Positions 17,093 through 27,969 of a DNA stretch of 64,000 nucleotides are shown piece by piece. Within the stretch, counting starts at the first letter, position 1; each line of letters opens with the position of its first letter. Source of the stretch: Escherichia coli (GTDB lineage Bacteria; Pseudomonadota; Gammaproteobacteria; Enterobacterales; Enterobacteriaceae); NCBI RefSeq assembly GCF_016903815.1, contig NZ_CP069973.1; one strand, written 5' to 3'. Below the pieces are notes generated by a model. The model was not told the DNA's origin and did no database searches. It saw only the letters and a list, made by a program, of their open reading frames with translations. A program made the position numbers and the translations under genes.

Positions 17093-18253
17093 ATGACATC
17101 GGAAAATCCATTACTGGCGCTGCGAGAGAAAATCAGCGCGCTGGATGAAAAATTATTAGCATTACTGGCAGAGCGGCGCGAACTGGCCGTCGAGGTGGGA
17201 AAAGCCAAACTGCTCTCGCATCGCCAGGTACGTGATATTGATCGTGAACGCGATTTACTGGAAAGATTAATTACGCTCGGTAAAGCGCACCATCTGGACG
17301 CCCATTACATTACTCGCCTGTTCCAGCTCATCATTGAAGATTCCGTATTAACTCAGCAGGCTTTGCTCCAGCAACATCTCAATAAAATTAATCCGTACTC
17401 AGCACGCATCGCTTTTCTCGGCCCCAAAGGTTCTTATTCCCATCTTGCGGCGCGCCAGTATGCTGCCCGTCACTTTGAGCAATTCATTGAAAGTGGCTGC
17501 GCCAAATTTGCCGATATTTTTAATCAGGTGGAAACCGGCCAGGCCGACTATGCCGTCGTACCGATTGAAAATACCAGCTCCGGTGCCATAAATGACGTTT
17601 ACGATCTGCTGCAACATACCAGTTTGTCGATTGTTGGCGAGATGACGTTAACTATCGACCATTGTTTGTTGGTCTCCGGCACTACTGATTTATCCACCAT
17701 CAATACGGTCTACAGCCATCCGCAGCCATTCCAGCAATGCAGCAAATTCCTTAATCGTTATCCGCACTGGAAGATTGAATATACCGAAAGTACGTCTGCG
17801 GCAATGGAAAAGGTTGCACAGGCAAAATCACCGCATGTTGCTGCGTTGGGAAGCGAAGCTGGCGGCACTTTGTACGGTTTGCAGGTACTGGAGCGTATTG
17901 AAGCGAATCAGCGACAAAACTTCACCCGATTTGTGGTGTTGGCACGTAAAGCCATTAACGTGTCTGACCAGGTTCCAGCGAAAACGACGTTGTTAATGGC
18001 GACCGGGCAACAAGCTGGTGCGCTGGTTGAAGCGTTGCTGGTACTGCGCAACCACAATCTGATTATGACCCGTCTGGAGTCACGCCCGATTCACGGTAAT
18101 CCATGGGAAGAGATGTTTTATCTGGATATTCAGGCCAATCTTGAATCAGCGGAAATGCAAAAAGCATTGAAAGAGTTAGGGGACATCACCCGTTCGATGA
18201 AGGTATTGGGCTGTTACCCAAGTGAGAACGTAGTGCCTGTTGATCCAACCTGA
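17093..18253 (+). CDS. pheA: bifunctional chorismate mutase / prephenate dehydratase
   Basis: 386-aa product, recognised PheA sequence. Confidence 0.95.
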   Translation: MTSENPLLALREKISALDEKLLALLAERRELAVEVGKAKLLSHRQVRDIDRERDLLERLITLGKAHHLDAHYITRLFQLIIEDSVLTQQALLQQHLNKINPYSARIAFLGPKGSYSHLAARQYAARHFEQFIESGCAKFADIFNQVETGQADYAVVPIENTSSGAINDVYDLLQHTSLSIVGEMTLTIDHCLLVSGTTDLSTINTVYSHPQPFQQCSKFLNRYPHWKIEYTESTSAAMEKVAQAKSPHVAALGSEAGGTLYGLQVLERIEANQRQNFTRFVVLARKAINVSDQVPAKTTLLMATGQQAGALVEALLVLRNHNLIMTRLESRPIHGNPWEEMFYLDIQANLESAEMQKALKELGDITRSMKVLGCYPSENVVPVDPT

Positions 18254-18260
18254 TGAAAAG

Positions 18261-18288
18261 GTGCCGGATGATGTGAATCACCCGGCAC
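18261..18288. terminator. candidate bidirectional terminator between convergent pheA and tyrA
   Basis: Inverted repeat GTGCCGG…CCGGCAC in convergent intergenic region. Confidence 0.45.
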
Positions 18289-18295
18289 TGGATTA

Positions 18296-19417
18296 TTAGT
18301 GGCGGTTGTCATTCGCCTGACGCAATAACACGCGGCTTTCACTCTGAAAACGCTGTGCGTAATCGCCGAACCAGTGCTCCACCTTGCGGAAACTGTCAAT
18401 AAACGCCTGCTTATCGCCCTGCTCCAGCAACTCAATCGCCTCGCCGAAACGCTTATAGTAACGTTTGATTAACGCCAGATTACGCTCTGACGACATAATA
18501 ATGTCGGCATAAAGCTGCGGATCCTGAGCAAACAGTCGCCCAACCATCGCCAGTTCAAGGCGGTAAATCGGCGAAGAGAGCGCCAGAAGTTGCTCAAGCT
18601 GAACATTTTCTTCTGCCAGGTGCAGCCCATAAGCAAAAGTAGCAAAGTGGCGCAGAGCCTGAATAAACGCCATATTCTGATCGTGCTCGACAGCGCTAAT
18701 ACGATGCAGCCGAGCGCCCCAGACCTGAATTTGCTCCAGAAACCATTGGTATGCTTCCGGCTTACGTCCATCACACCAGACCACAACTTGCTTTGCCAGG
18801 CTACCGCTGTCCGGACCGAACATCGGGTGTAGCCCCAGCACCGGACCATCATGCGCCGCCAGCATGGCCTGTAATGGCCCATTTTTCACTGATGCCAGAT
18901 CGACCAGAATACAATCTTTCGGTAAAGGCGGTAATTTGCCGATAACTTGCTCAGTAACGTGGATTGGCACACTAACAATCACCATTCCGGCATCGGCAAC
19001 AATATCAGCCGCTCGATCCCAGTCATGTTGCTCCAGAATCCGCACCTGATAACCCGATAGTGTCAGCATCTTCTCGAACAGGCGTCCCATCTGACCGCCA
19101 CCGCCGACGATAACCACCGGACGCAGTGACGGACAAAGTGTTTTAAATCCTTTGTCATTTTCACTGGAGTAAGATTCACGCATCACCCGACGCAAAACAT
19201 CCTCAATCAGATCTGGCGGTACACCCAGAGCTTCCGCCTCTGCACGACGCGAGGCCAACATAGATGCCTCGCGCTCCGGCACATAAATAGGCAGTCCAAA
19301 GCGGCTTTTCACCTCGCCCACTTCAGCAACCAGTTCCAGACGCTTCGCTAATAAATTCAGCAGCGCTTTATCGACTTCATCAATTTGATCGCGTAATGCG
19401 GTCAACTCAGCAACCAT
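18296..19417 (-). CDS. tyrA: bifunctional chorismate mutase / prephenate dehydrogenase
   Basis: 373-aa product, recognised TyrA sequence. Confidence 0.95.
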   Translation of the reverse strand: MVAELTALRDQIDEVDKALLNLLAKRLELVAEVGEVKSRFGLPIYVPEREASMLASRRAEAEALGVPPDLIEDVLRRVMRESYSSENDKGFKTLCPSLRPVVIVGGGGQMGRLFEKMLTLSGYQVRILEQHDWDRAADIVADAGMVIVSVPIHVTEQVIGKLPPLPKDCILVDLASVKNGPLQAMLAAHDGPVLGLHPMFGPDSGSLAKQVVVWCDGRKPEAYQWFLEQIQVWGARLHRISAVEHDQNMAFIQALRHFATFAYGLHLAEENVQLEQLLALSSPIYRLELAMVGRLFAQDPQLYADIIMSSERNLALIKRYYKRFGEAIELLEQGDKQAFIDSFRKVEHWFGDYAQRFQSESRVLLRQANDNRH

Positions 19418-19427
19418 AATAAACCTC

Positions 19428-20498
19428 TTAAGCCACGCGAGCCGTCAGCTGCCCGTTCAGATCCTGATGAATTTCACGCAGCAAGGCATCGGTCATTTCC
19501 CAACTAATGCAGGCATCGGTTACGGATACACCGTATTTCATTTCACTGCGCGGTTGCTCGGAAGACTGATTGCCCTCGTGGATATTACTTTCGATCATCA
19601 GACCAATAATTGAGCGATTGCCATCTTTGATTTGAGCAACCACGGATTCTGCCACCGCAGGCTGACGGCGATAATCTTTATTGGAATTACCGTGGCTGCA
19701 ATCTACCATCAGAGACGGGCGCAGTCCCGCCTGTTCCATCTCTTTTTCACATTGCGCAACATCCGCAGGGCTATAGTTCGGCGCTTTACCACCGCGCAGG
19801 ATCACATGCCCGTCCGGATTCCCCTGAGTTTGTAGCAACGCCACCTGCCCTGCCTGGTTAATGCCAACAAAACGGTGCGGCTGGGCGGCGGCGCGCATAG
19901 CGTTAATTGCTGTTGCCAGACTGCCGTCGGTGCCGTTTTTAAAACCAACCGGCATGGAAAGCCCGGAGGCCATTTCACGGTGAGTTTGCGATTCCGTTGT
20001 ACGAGCACCAATTGCTGACCAGCTAAACAGATCGCCCAGGTATTGCGGGCTATTTGGATCTAACGCTTCCGTCGCCAGTGGCAGTCCCATATTCACCAGC
20101 TCAAGCAGCAATTTACGCGCGATCTGCAGCCCGGCTTCTACATCAAAAGAGCCATCCATATGGGGATCGTTAATCAACCCTTTCCAACCGACAGTGGTAC
20201 GGGGTTTTTCAAAATAGACGCGCATTACCAGATAGAGGCTATCGCTGACCTCTGCGGCAAGGGCTTTAAATCGACGAGCATATTCCAGAGCAGTTTCCGG
20301 ATCATGAATGGAACAAGGACCACATACTACCAACAGACGAGGATCGCGCCCGGCGATAATATCTGAAATGGTTTTACGCGAGTCAGCAATCTGGGCTTCT
20401 TGTTGCAGGCTTAATGGAAAAGCGGCCTTCAGTTGTTCCGGAGTCATTAAAACCTGTTCGTCGGTAATATGTACGTTATTCAGCGCGTCTTTTTGCAT
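19428..20498 (-). CDS. aroF: Tyr-sensitive DAHP synthase
   Basis: 356-aa product starting [11 protein letters not shown]; track ORF is extended 23 codons upstream. Confidence 0.9.
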   Translation of the reverse strand: MQKDALNNVHITDEQVLMTPEQLKAAFPLSLQQEAQIADSRKTISDIIAGRDPRLLVVCGPCSIHDPETALEYARRFKALAAEVSDSLYLVMRVYFEKPRTTVGWKGLINDPHMDGSFDVEAGLQIARKLLLELVNMGLPLATEALDPNSPQYLGDLFSWSAIGARTTESQTHREMASGLSMPVGFKNGTDGSLATAINAMRAAAQPHRFVGINQAGQVALLQTQGNPDGHVILRGGKAPNYSPADVAQCEKEMEQAGLRPSLMVDCSHGNSNKDYRRQPAVAESVVAQIKDGNRSIIGLMIESNIHEGNQSSEQPRSEMKYGVSVTDACISWEMTDALLREIHQDLNGQLTARVA

Positions 20499-20592
20499 GA
20501 TGGCGATCCTGTTTATGCTCGTTTGCGATAGTTGATCCTCAGCGAGGATGACGTAACGATAACACATAAAGTAAAGTTTTCAATCCATATTT

Positions 20593-20662
20593 CGTACATT
20601 TTTATTTACACAAGCAATTTATTCGCGCTTTTGACGCTTATTTTCGTACAAATAAATTTACA
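20593..20662 (-). promoter_or_regulatory. aroF promoter region with TyrR boxes
   Basis: Two copies of TGTAAA-N6-TGTACG (reverse complement of CGTACATTTTTATTTACA and CGTACAAATAAATTTACA) upstream of aroF. Confidence 0.6.
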
Positions 20663-20707
20663 CCTCCTTTAAAAACAATCCGCTATGCTTTGAAAAAGGA
20701 GAAAGAA

Positions 20708-21073
20708 ATGATGAAAAAGTTTATTGCCCCCTTGTTGGCTTTACTGGTTAGCGGATGTCAGATTGATCCTTATACTCACGCGCCAACCTTGACCAGCACC
20801 GACTGGTATGATGTCGGTATGGAAGATGCGATATCGGGCAGCACCATAAAAGATGACGATGCATTTAGCGATTCACAGGCGGATCGCGGTCTATACCTTA
20901 AAGGATATGCCGAAGGACAAAAGAAAACTTGTCAGACCGATTTTACTTATGCCCGAGGACTTTCCGGTAAAAGCTTTCCTGCCAGCTGCAACAATGTTGA
21001 AAATGCCAGCCAACTGCATGAAGTATGGCAAAAAGGGGCTGATGAAAATGCCAGCACAATACGATTAAATTAA
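20708..21073 (+). CDS. yfiL: lipoprotein YfiL
   Basis: Signal peptide with lipobox LVSGC; start chosen at MMKKF, track start is 6 codons upstream. Confidence 0.7.
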   Translation: MMKKFIAPLLALLVSGCQIDPYTHAPTLTSTDWYDVGMEDAISGSTIKDDDAFSDSQADRGLYLKGYAEGQKKTCQTDFTYARGLSGKSFPASCNNVENASQLHEVWQKGADENASTIRLN

Positions 21074-21222
21074 TTAAACCCCCGCAAATAAATTAAGCAT
21101 GAGATTTTGCTCATTGTGTTTTATTTCTCACATTGATGACGACCGCATGAAAGAATGATATTTTAATGAGCATTCTGAAAAAATATCGATGCATTTCGAG
21201 CGAAGATGGTGAGGATCCCTGA

Positions 21223-21741
21223 ATGCGTTTTTCTCACCGACTGTTCTTACTGCTGATTCTCCTGCTGACGGGAGCACCAATACTCGCTCAGGAACCTTCT
21301 GACGTTGCGAAAAACGTGCGTATGATGGTTTCCGGTATTGTCAGTTACACCCGCTGGCCTGCGCTATCAGGGCCACCAAAGTTATGTATCTTTTCATCTT
21401 CACGTTTTAGTACCGCCCTACAAGAGAATGCCGCGACATCTTTGCCTTATCTGCCTGTCATCATTCACACTCAACAAGAGGCGATGATTTCAGGCTGCAA
21501 TGGTTTTTATTTTGGCAACGAGTCACCGACATTCCAGATGGAATTAACCGAACAATATCCGTCAAGGGCGTTATTATTAATTGCCGAACAAAATACCGAG
21601 TGCATTATTGGTAGCGCCTTTTGTCTGATCATCCACAATAATGACGTCAGATTTGCCGTAAACCTGGATGCCTTATCGCGTAGCGGAGTAAAGGTCAACC
21701 CGGATGTCTTAATGCTCGCACGGAAGAAAAATGATGGATAA
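21223..21741 (+). CDS. yfiR: periplasmic regulator of diguanylate cyclase YfiN
   Basis: 172-aa product with signal peptide; yfiR-yfiN-yfiB operon layout. Confidence 0.85.
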   Translation: MRFSHRLFLLLILLLTGAPILAQEPSDVAKNVRMMVSGIVSYTRWPALSGPPKLCIFSSSRFSTALQENAATSLPYLPVIIHTQQEAMISGCNGFYFGNESPTFQMELTEQYPSRALLLIAEQNTECIIGSAFCLIIHNNDVRFAVNLDALSRSGVKVNPDVLMLARKKNDG

Positions 21742-22957
21742 CGATAATTCTCTTAATAAGCGCCCCACGTTTAAAAGAGCATTACGCAACATCAGTATGA
21801 CCAGCATATTTATCACTATGATGCTGATCTGGTTGCTGCTTTCCGTGACCTCGGTGCTGACCCTGAAACAGTACGCGCAAAAAAACCTGGCACTGACAGC
21901 AGCAACAATGACTTACAGTCTGGAAGCAGCGGTCGTTTTTGCCGATGGCTCTGCAGCAACTGAAACACTGGCAGCGCTGGGGCAGCAAGGCCAATTTTCA
22001 ACTGCAGAAGTGCGTGATAAGCAGCAAAATATTCTGGCATCCTGGCATTACACCCGTAAGGATCCAGGCGATACTTTCAGTAATTTCATAAGCCACTGGC
22101 TCTTCCCTGCCCCCATCGTTCAGCCGATTCGTCACAATGGTGAAACCATTGGCGAAGTTCGCTTAACCGCTCGCGACAGTTCAATCAGCCATTTCATCTG
22201 GTTTTCGCTCGCTGTCCTGACCGCCTGCATTCTGCTGGCATCAGGCATCGCAATTACCCTCACCCGCCATTTGCACAAGGGTCTGGTTGAAGCGTTAAAA
22301 AACATCACCGATGTCGTACATGATGTGCGTTCCAACCGCAATTTTTCCCGACGAGTTTCGGAAGAACGTATCGCAGAGTTTCACCGCTTCGCTCTCGACT
22401 TCAACAGTCTGCTGGATGAAATGGAAGAGTGGCAGCTTCGTTTACAGGCCAAAAATGCGCAGCTTCTACGTACCGCACTACATGACCCATTAACCGGGCT
22501 GGCTAACCGCGCAGCGTTTCGTAGCGGTATCAACACGTTGATGAACAGTTCCGATGCCCGAAAAACGTCGGCGTTACTATTTCTTGATGGCGATAATTTC
22601 AAATATATCAATGATACCTGGGGTCATGCGACGGGCGATAGAGTCTTGATTGAAATCGCAAAACGGTTAGCTGAATTTGGCGGGCTGCAACATAAAGCAT
22701 ACCGCCTGGGCGGCGATGAATTCGCGATGGTGCTCTATGATGTACAGTCGGAATCTGAAGTGCAGCAGATATGCTCAGCACTGACACAAATCTTTAATCG
22801 CCCGTTTGATCTTCATAATGGCCATCAGACCACCATGACATTAAGCATTGGTTACGCAATGACCATTGCGCACGCTTCTGCGGAAAAATTACAAGAGCTG
22901 GCCGATCACAATATGTATCAGGCCAAACACCAGCGTGCCGAAAAGCTGGTGAGATAA
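21731..22957 (+). CDS. dgcN: diguanylate cyclase (membrane, HAMP + GGDEF)
   Basis: 408-aa product with TM segments and GGDEF-type motif ([10 protein letters not shown]). Confidence 0.85.
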   Translation: MMDNDNSLNKRPTFKRALRNISMTSIFITMMLIWLLLSVTSVLTLKQYAQKNLALTAATMTYSLEAAVVFADGSAATETLAALGQQGQFSTAEVRDKQQNILASWHYTRKDPGDTFSNFISHWLFPAPIVQPIRHNGETIGEVRLTARDSSISHFIWFSLAVLTACILLASGIAITLTRHLHKGLVEALKNITDVVHDVRSNRNFSRRVSEERIAEFHRFALDFNSLLDEMEEWQLRLQAKNAQLLRTALHDPLTGLANRAAFRSGINTLMNSSDARKTSALLFLDGDNFKYINDTWGHATGDRVLIEIAKRLAEFGGLQHKAYRLGGDEFAMVLYDVQSESEVQQICSALTQIFNRPFDLHNGHQTTMTLSIGYAMTIAHASAEKLQELADHNMYQAKHQRAEKLVR

Positions 22958-22972
22958 CAAGGATATATCGAT

Positions 22973-23455
22973 ATGATAAAGCACCTGGTAGCACCCCTGA
23001 TTTTCACCTCGCTAGTACTGACTGGCTGCCAGTCCCCTCAGGGAAAGTTTACTCCTGAGCAAGTCGTCGCTATGCAATCTTATGGATTTACTGAATCCGC
23101 CGGCGACTGGTCGCTGGGCTTATCAGATGCCATTCTGTTCGCAAAAAATGACTACAAATTGCTCCCGGAAAGCCAGCAACAGATCCAAACCATGGCAGCC
23201 AAATTGGCCTCGACAGGGCTAACACATGCCCGTATGGATGGACACACCGATAACTATGGTGAAGACAGTTACAACGAAGGCTTATCATTGAAACGGGCGA
23301 ATGTCGTGGCCGATGCATGGGCTATGGGTGGAAAAATTCCACGCAGCAATCTCACCACACAGGGTTTAGGAAAAAAATATCCCATAGCCAGTAACAAGAC
23401 CGCCCAGGGCCGCGCCGAGAACCGCCGCGTCGCAGTGGTGATTACAACCCCTTAA
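22973..23455 (+). CDS. yfiB: OmpA-family outer membrane lipoprotein YfiB
   Basis: 160-aa product, lipobox LTGC, OmpA-like C-terminal domain. Confidence 0.85.
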   Translation: MIKHLVAPLIFTSLVLTGCQSPQGKFTPEQVVAMQSYGFTESAGDWSLGLSDAILFAKNDYKLLPESQQQIQTMAAKLASTGLTHARMDGHTDNYGEDSYNEGLSLKRANVVADAWAMGGKIPRSNLTTQGLGKKYPIASNKTAQGRAENRRVAVVITTP

Positions 23456-23472
23456 AACACGAGCAAACAGAC

Positions 23473-23501
23473 AAAAAAAGGGCCAGCCAATTGGCCAGCC
23501 C
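23473..23501 (-). terminator. orphaned native terminator of the rplS operon, separated from rplS by the prophage
   Basis: Minus strand GGGCTGGCC-AATT-GGCTGGCCC (9-bp stem with 2 G-U pairs) followed by T7; lies immediately bacterial-side of attL. Confidence 0.6.
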
Positions 23502-23533
23502 TTCTTAACAGGATGTCGCTTAAGCGAAATCTT

Positions 23534-23546
23534 AGTTAAGACGCTC
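23534..23546. repeat. attL core (AGTTAAGACGCTC)
   Basis: Identical 13-mer to attR; reverse complement encodes E-R-L-N-stop, a displaced copy of the rplS 3' end. Confidence 0.7.
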
Positions 23547-23627
23547 CTATTAACACCCCGCAACAAACAAACGCTTACCATATAAAACAATTAGTTAAAG
23601 TAATTTTTAATGCAATGAATTGCAGTG

Positions 23628-24677
23628 TTATGCAACCTCTGCCGCCATATTGTCGCCAACATACAGCGATAACGGATTAAGGGTTACAGCTTGTTCAAGG
23701 TGGTCAGGAGCAAAGTGTGCATACTTCATTGTTTCTCGAATATTGGCATGCCCGAGAATTTTCTGCAGTACCAGTATATTCCCGCCGTTCATCATAAAAT
23801 GCGCACCAAAAGTATGACGCAAAACGTGCGTCTTCTGCCCTTCCGTCAATTCAATATTCGTTAGTTTGAGCATCTTCTTAAACTCCTGATAGCAGGGTTT
23901 AAACATTCTGCCTTGACGTACGGACAACTCGTCGTACAGCCATTTAGGAATAGGAACTGTGCGATTCTTCTTACCTTTGGTTTTGGTGAACGTCAGTTTA
24001 TATGGAGAAAGTTGAGGGCGGGTCAATCTCTCCGCTTCCCCCCATCGAGCGCCGGTTGCAAGGCACACCTTAACAATCATGGTGAGGTCTTCTTTGCCGT
24101 ATTGCTCGCAGGCTCGAAACAGCTCCGGGAGCTGAGACAAAGTTAGCCAGGACATTTCTTTCTCAGCCTCTTTGAATACTCGGATCCCATCAAGTGGATT
24201 GGGTAGGCTCCACTCCCCTAACCGGCGGAGCTCATTAAACACTGCTTCTAGGTATTGTTGTTCGCGATTGACGGTTATAGGTTTGGCGATCCATTTCGAG
24301 GGGTCTTTATGATAACCGTTGTCTATTTCACCACGTAATCGACGGTCACGATAATGAGCCCAGTCTTTCGCGGTAAGGCGAGATGCAATCGGGTCACCAA
24401 GCCCATTACATACGATTTGAAGCTTTGCTAACCTCGACTTACTGGCGACTAACGCTTGACCGTGCAAATTGTGCCAAAGCTGAATAATCTCGCTTAAGCG
24501 TCGGCGGTCTTCTTTCTTGCCAAGCCACGGCTTATCTTCACTCTCGCTTTTGGTAAATGCTTCGAATGCCTCGGCCTCACCTTTGGTATTGAATTGCCGA
24601 CGTATACGCCGCCCTTCTCGACCATTTGGATAGAGCTCGCATAACCATTTGCCATTTTTTTGCTTACTTACAGTCAT
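23628..24677 (-). CDS. int: tyrosine site-specific integrase
   Basis: 349-aa product with R…HxxR…Y catalytic signature (VLRHTFGAHF, MKYAH); adjacent to attL. Confidence 0.9.
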   Translation of the reverse strand: MTVSKQKNGKWLCELYPNGREGRRIRRQFNTKGEAEAFEAFTKSESEDKPWLGKKEDRRRLSEIIQLWHNLHGQALVASKSRLAKLQIVCNGLGDPIASRLTAKDWAHYRDRRLRGEIDNGYHKDPSKWIAKPITVNREQQYLEAVFNELRRLGEWSLPNPLDGIRVFKEAEKEMSWLTLSQLPELFRACEQYGKEDLTMIVKVCLATGARWGEAERLTRPQLSPYKLTFTKTKGKKNRTVPIPKWLYDELSVRQGRMFKPCYQEFKKMLKLTNIELTEGQKTHVLRHTFGAHFMMNGGNILVLQKILGHANIRETMKYAHFAPDHLEQAVTLNPLSLYVGDNMAAEVA

Positions 24678-24699
24678 AATGTCACCGAGGCAACTCTAA

Positions 24700-25038
24700 T
24701 TATTCGCAAAGTGCTGTTGCGGCATCCATTACAGGATCCAAAGGAATTTTTACACCTGCATACTCTGGACTGTCTTTCCAAACAGCATCAATATTGCTCC
24801 CCTCAAGCTTTCCAGACTTTACTCCATCAATAGCAAAACCATTTAATGGGTATCGGTCATCAGTTGCTTTGTCGTATACAAAGGCATACTTACCGTTAAC
24901 GCAAGACACCGTAGCTTTTTCAAAAGTTAACGGCCAATCCTCACCAAACTTAGCGCCATCTAAATCCTGTGTTTTTTCAGCGGCTAAGGAGCCAAAAGAA
25001 AAGGTAAGAAGCATAGCTAAAAAGAGTTTACGTTTCAT
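24700..25038 (-). CDS. small secreted/periplasmic protein of unknown function (moron between cI and int)
   Basis: Start chosen at MKRKLFLAMLLTFSFGSLAA (cleavable signal peptide); two Cys residues; no recognised domain. Confidence 0.55.
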   Translation of the reverse strand: MKRKLFLAMLLTFSFGSLAAEKTQDLDGAKFGEDWPLTFEKATVSCVNGKYAFVYDKATDDRYPLNGFAIDGVKSGKLEGSNIDAVWKDSPEYAGVKIPLDPVMDAATALCE

Positions 25039-25046
25039 AATTTCCC

Positions 25047-25907
25047 TTATACGTGTTTTTCCAATGTGAAAACTACAACCCCGGCAGGCGTAATGTCGGT
25101 AATGTTGCATTCAAACTCAGCAGACTTATTTGACAACCTGACTTTTCCACCAGGTAAACGAATTACATCAAAAACATCAAGAGCGCCGTCGATATCAATT
25201 AACCAGCGACCATTACTTATATTCGAAGCAGAACAGTCGACAAGCCAAGAGGCAGCTACACCGTCAACAAAAATCAATTCCCCTGAGTTAGAAGGAATCA
25301 TTGAGGGGTCAGGATGCCACGTTCCTGCATCCTTAAGCTCACCAGATTCAAGACGAGATTTTTTAATAGAAAAACCAGATGTGACATCTTCCCTGTTAGC
25401 TCGCATTTGCCCCTTGCCTGTTGCTAACCATTCCAGTGACGTATCGGTATCAAGAGCGCATGTAACAACAACATCACCAGGGAAAAAATCTCGCCTTACC
25501 CATGTGCTAATTGTGCCAGAGGAAATGCCGAGCAAATCACCGAGCTCCTTTTGCATGGTAAAGCCATACGCATCAAGAATCCTACGCAAAACGGTTTTAC
25601 CACCATTCGTCATAATCTCGTCATAAAGCTCTTTGCCTTTTAACTTGCAACTGGCTCGCTCGTGATTTGCATTTGCAAGCTCTCCATTTACAAGCCAATT
25701 GATATCAGCTCCCGTGTCAAGACAACACCTAACTATGACATTGCCAGGTATTGCATCACGCTGAACCCAGCCGCTAACGCTGTGTTTAGCGATACCTAGC
25801 AGGTCAGCCAAATCCTTTTGCATCTTGACCCCATAGGCTGACATTAAGCGTTCCAATACGCCGTTCGTTGCACTAACACGCCACTGAACATCAAGCTCAG
25901 AACTCAT
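25047..25907 (-). CDS. CI-like immunity repressor with tandem duplicated N-terminal HTH domains
   Basis: Two homologous segments (…RLMSAYGVKMQKDLADLLGIAKHSVSGWVQRDAIPGNVIVRCCLDTGADINWLVNGE and …RILDAYGFTMQKELGDLLGISSGTISTWVRRDFFPGDVVVTCALDTDTSLEWLATGKG) resembling the 186/P2 CI DNA-binding domain, plus a C-terminal domain; divergent from the early operon. Confidence 0.75.
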   Translation of the reverse strand: MSSELDVQWRVSATNGVLERLMSAYGVKMQKDLADLLGIAKHSVSGWVQRDAIPGNVIVRCCLDTGADINWLVNGELANANHERASCKLKGKELYDEIMTNGGKTVLRRILDAYGFTMQKELGDLLGISSGTISTWVRRDFFPGDVVVTCALDTDTSLEWLATGKGQMRANREDVTSGFSIKKSRLESGELKDAGTWHPDPSMIPSNSGELIFVDGVAASWLVDCSASNISNGRWLIDIDGALDVFDVIRLPGGKVRLSNKSAEFECNITDITPAGVVVFTLEKHV

Positions 25908-25936
25908 AAAACCCCCTACAGATAATTTTATGGGTG

Positions 25937-25965
25937 TTTACAGAAAACTTTTTACGATCTATAGT
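25937..25965 (+). promoter_or_regulatory. candidate early lytic promoter (pR-like)
   Basis: -35 TTTACA, 17-nt spacer, -10 TATAGT in the cI/apl divergent intergenic region. Confidence 0.45.
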
Positions 25966-26028
25966 GGCATTCATCGACCAAGATGCACACCACTGCACTA
26001 CATTTCAAACAACAGGAGATAATGCGAT

Positions 26029-26400
26029 ATGTCAGATGCAAAATCAATCTCGACGCACGACTCGCAAAACTCACAAAATCAAACTGTGCTGCTAAATCCA
26101 ACACAGTTTGATGCCATCGTTACCGCCATGCTGCCAGCTCTACAGACAATGATTCGCTCCGCTATGTCAGACACGATGACTGTGAAAGACTTCGCCGCTA
26201 CTCGCGGTGTTAGCGAGCGTCTGGTCTGGCAATGGCTCGATGAGGGAGTCCTTCTCAAAGCTCCGACCAAAGACTTTTCCAACAAAGAGGAAGCTGCTAA
26301 ACGAAGCCGAACCCTCGTAAACGTAAAAGCATGGCGCGATAAGCTGACTCAACAAGCGATTGATTGTCGCTACATCGACCAGCGCACCGCTCTTAACTGA
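26029..26400 (+). CDS. Apl/Cox-like excisionase-regulator (HTH)
   Basis: First gene of early operon, AGGAG SD; HTH-like segment VKDFAATRGVSERLVWQWL; role assigned by position. Confidence 0.5.
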   Translation: MSDAKSISTHDSQNSQNQTVLLNPTQFDAIVTAMLPALQTMIRSAMSDTMTVKDFAATRGVSERLVWQWLDEGVLLKAPTKDFSNKEEAAKRSRTLVNVKAWRDKLTQQAIDCRYIDQRTALN

Positions 26401-26432
26401 ATTTGATTATGCAAGTTAGAGGGAATTTAACC

Positions 26433-26942
26433 ATGTTTGATTTTCAGGTTTCCAAACATCCCCACTATGACGAAGCATGCCGCATTTTCGCACAGCGTCA
26501 CAACATGGCGAAGCTGGCCGAGCGTGCAGGTATGAACGTTCAAACGTTACGTAACAAGCTCAACCCGGAACAGCCTCACCAGTTCACGCCGTCTGAATTG
26601 TGGCTGCTGACTGACCTGACCGAAGACTCAACCCTCATTGATGGTTTTTTAGCGCAGATTCACTGCCTACCATGCGTGCCGGTTAATGAGTTGGCTAAAG
26701 ACAAATTGCAGTCTTATGTCATGCGCGCAATGCGTGAACTCGGCGAACTGGCGAGCGGCGCGGTATCTGATGAACGTCTGACCATTGCCCGTAAGCACAA
26801 CATGATTGAAAGCGTTAACTCCGGCATTCGCATGTTGTCATTGTCGGCTCTGGCGCTGCATGCACGTCTGCAGACTAATCCAGCTATGTCGAGCGTGGTC
26901 GATACCATGAGCGGTATTGGCGCATCGTTTGGTCTGATTTGA
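26433..26942 (+). CDS. cII: CII-like lysogeny establishment regulator (phage 186 type)
   Basis: 169-aa product starting MFDFQVSKHPHYDEACR, recognised as 186 CII-like. Confidence 0.8.
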   Translation: MFDFQVSKHPHYDEACRIFAQRHNMAKLAERAGMNVQTLRNKLNPEQPHQFTPSELWLLTDLTEDSTLIDGFLAQIHCLPCVPVNELAKDKLQSYVMRAMRELGELASGAVSDERLTIARKHNMIESVNSGIRMLSLSALALHARLQTNPAMSSVVDTMSGIGASFGLI

Positions 26943-26943
26943 G

Positions 26944-27150
26944 GTGCGTATGCTGAAAAGTGAACCGTCATTCGCATCTCTGCTCGTTAAGCAAAGCCCC
27001 GGCATGCACTACGGCCACGGCTGGATCGCAGGTAAGGACGGCAAGCGCTGGCACCCGAGCCACTCGCAGGCTGATTTACTGGCTGGCCTCTCTACTCAAA
27101 AGCGGGGGGGATCATGGCTATCGAAGCTGTTTCCGCGACTGTTCCGCTAA
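26944..27150 (+). CDS. hypothetical early protein
   Basis: ORF in early operon, start codon overlaps cII stop; no recognised motif. Confidence 0.4.
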   Translation: MRMLKSEPSFASLLVKQSPGMHYGHGWIAGKDGKRWHPSHSQADLLAGLSTQKRGGSWLSKLFPRLFR

Positions 27151-27452
27151 AAGCGGGTGAACGTCTGGCCGGTCTCAATCATGTTGCCGAATTGCGCGCG
27201 AGATATTGGGGCGATAGCTGGAAAGAGGTTGAACGTTTTGTCGATGATATGCGCGATAAACGTGACCCACAATTTGAAGAAAATAATCGGGCGCTGGCCG
27301 CTATTTTCTTTCTGGCAAAAATACCGGCGGCTCGTCATGAACTCGAATTAAGTGAGCTGACTACTGACGAGAAAAAGGCGCTTATTACAGCGATGAATCA
27401 TTTTCGTGCAGTAGTGAGCTTATTTCCCAAACGGCTAACCATGCCGAATTAA
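27114..27452 (+). CDS. hypothetical early protein
   Basis: 112-aa ORF in early operon. Confidence 0.5.
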   Translation: MAIEAVSATVPLKAGERLAGLNHVAELRARYWGDSWKEVERFVDDMRDKRDPQFEENNRALAAIFFLAKIPAARHELELSELTTDEKKALITAMNHFRAVVSLFPKRLTMPN

Positions 27453-27519
27453 TCCAAACAGAAATTTAATGGCGTAAACCCGCCGGGCATCTTATTGCCC
27501 GAAATCAGGAGAGTTAATT

Positions 27520-27747
27520 ATGCGTAATACCGAAATCCGTAGTTTTAACACTGATAGCGATGCGCTGGCCGTATTGCTGACCGATGCAAAAAAAGAAGAG
27601 CGTAAAGACCGCGCGCTCGCTGTTTCCATCCGCCTTGAGGCGCTGGCTATCCATATTACCAGAGAGGGAATGAGCGGCACCGAAGCTGCCGAACTGCTGC
27701 GCCGTGAAGCAACCCGCTTTGAGAATGAATCACAGGAGCTGCACTAA
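27520..27747 (+). CDS. hypothetical early protein
   Basis: 75-aa ORF with SD, immediately upstream of the TraR-like gene. Confidence 0.5.
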   Translation: MRNTEIRSFNTDSDALAVLLTDAKKEERKDRALAVSIRLEALAIHITREGMSGTEAAELLRREATRFENESQELH

Positions 27748-27968
27748 TGGCCGACGCAATGGATTTAGCACAACTGCGCGAGCAGGAAGACCGCGAACGC
27801 CACATCAGCAACGCACGCACCCGTATCGCTGCACCTTCCCGTTTTCTTTGCGAGGAATGTGACGCACCAATCCCGGAAGCTCGCCGCATTGCGATTCCGG
27901 GCGTGGCTTTTTGCGTAACCTGCCAGCAAATCGTAGAGCTAAAAAACAAACACTATCGGGGGGTATAA
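27747..27968 (+). CDS. TraR/DksA-family C4 zinc-finger protein
   Basis: CEECDAPIP…N17…CVTCQ motif. Confidence 0.7.
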   Translation: MADAMDLAQLREQEDRERHISNARTRIAAPSRFLCEECDAPIPEARRIAIPGVAFCVTCQQIVELKNKHYRGV

Positions 27969-27969
27969 A

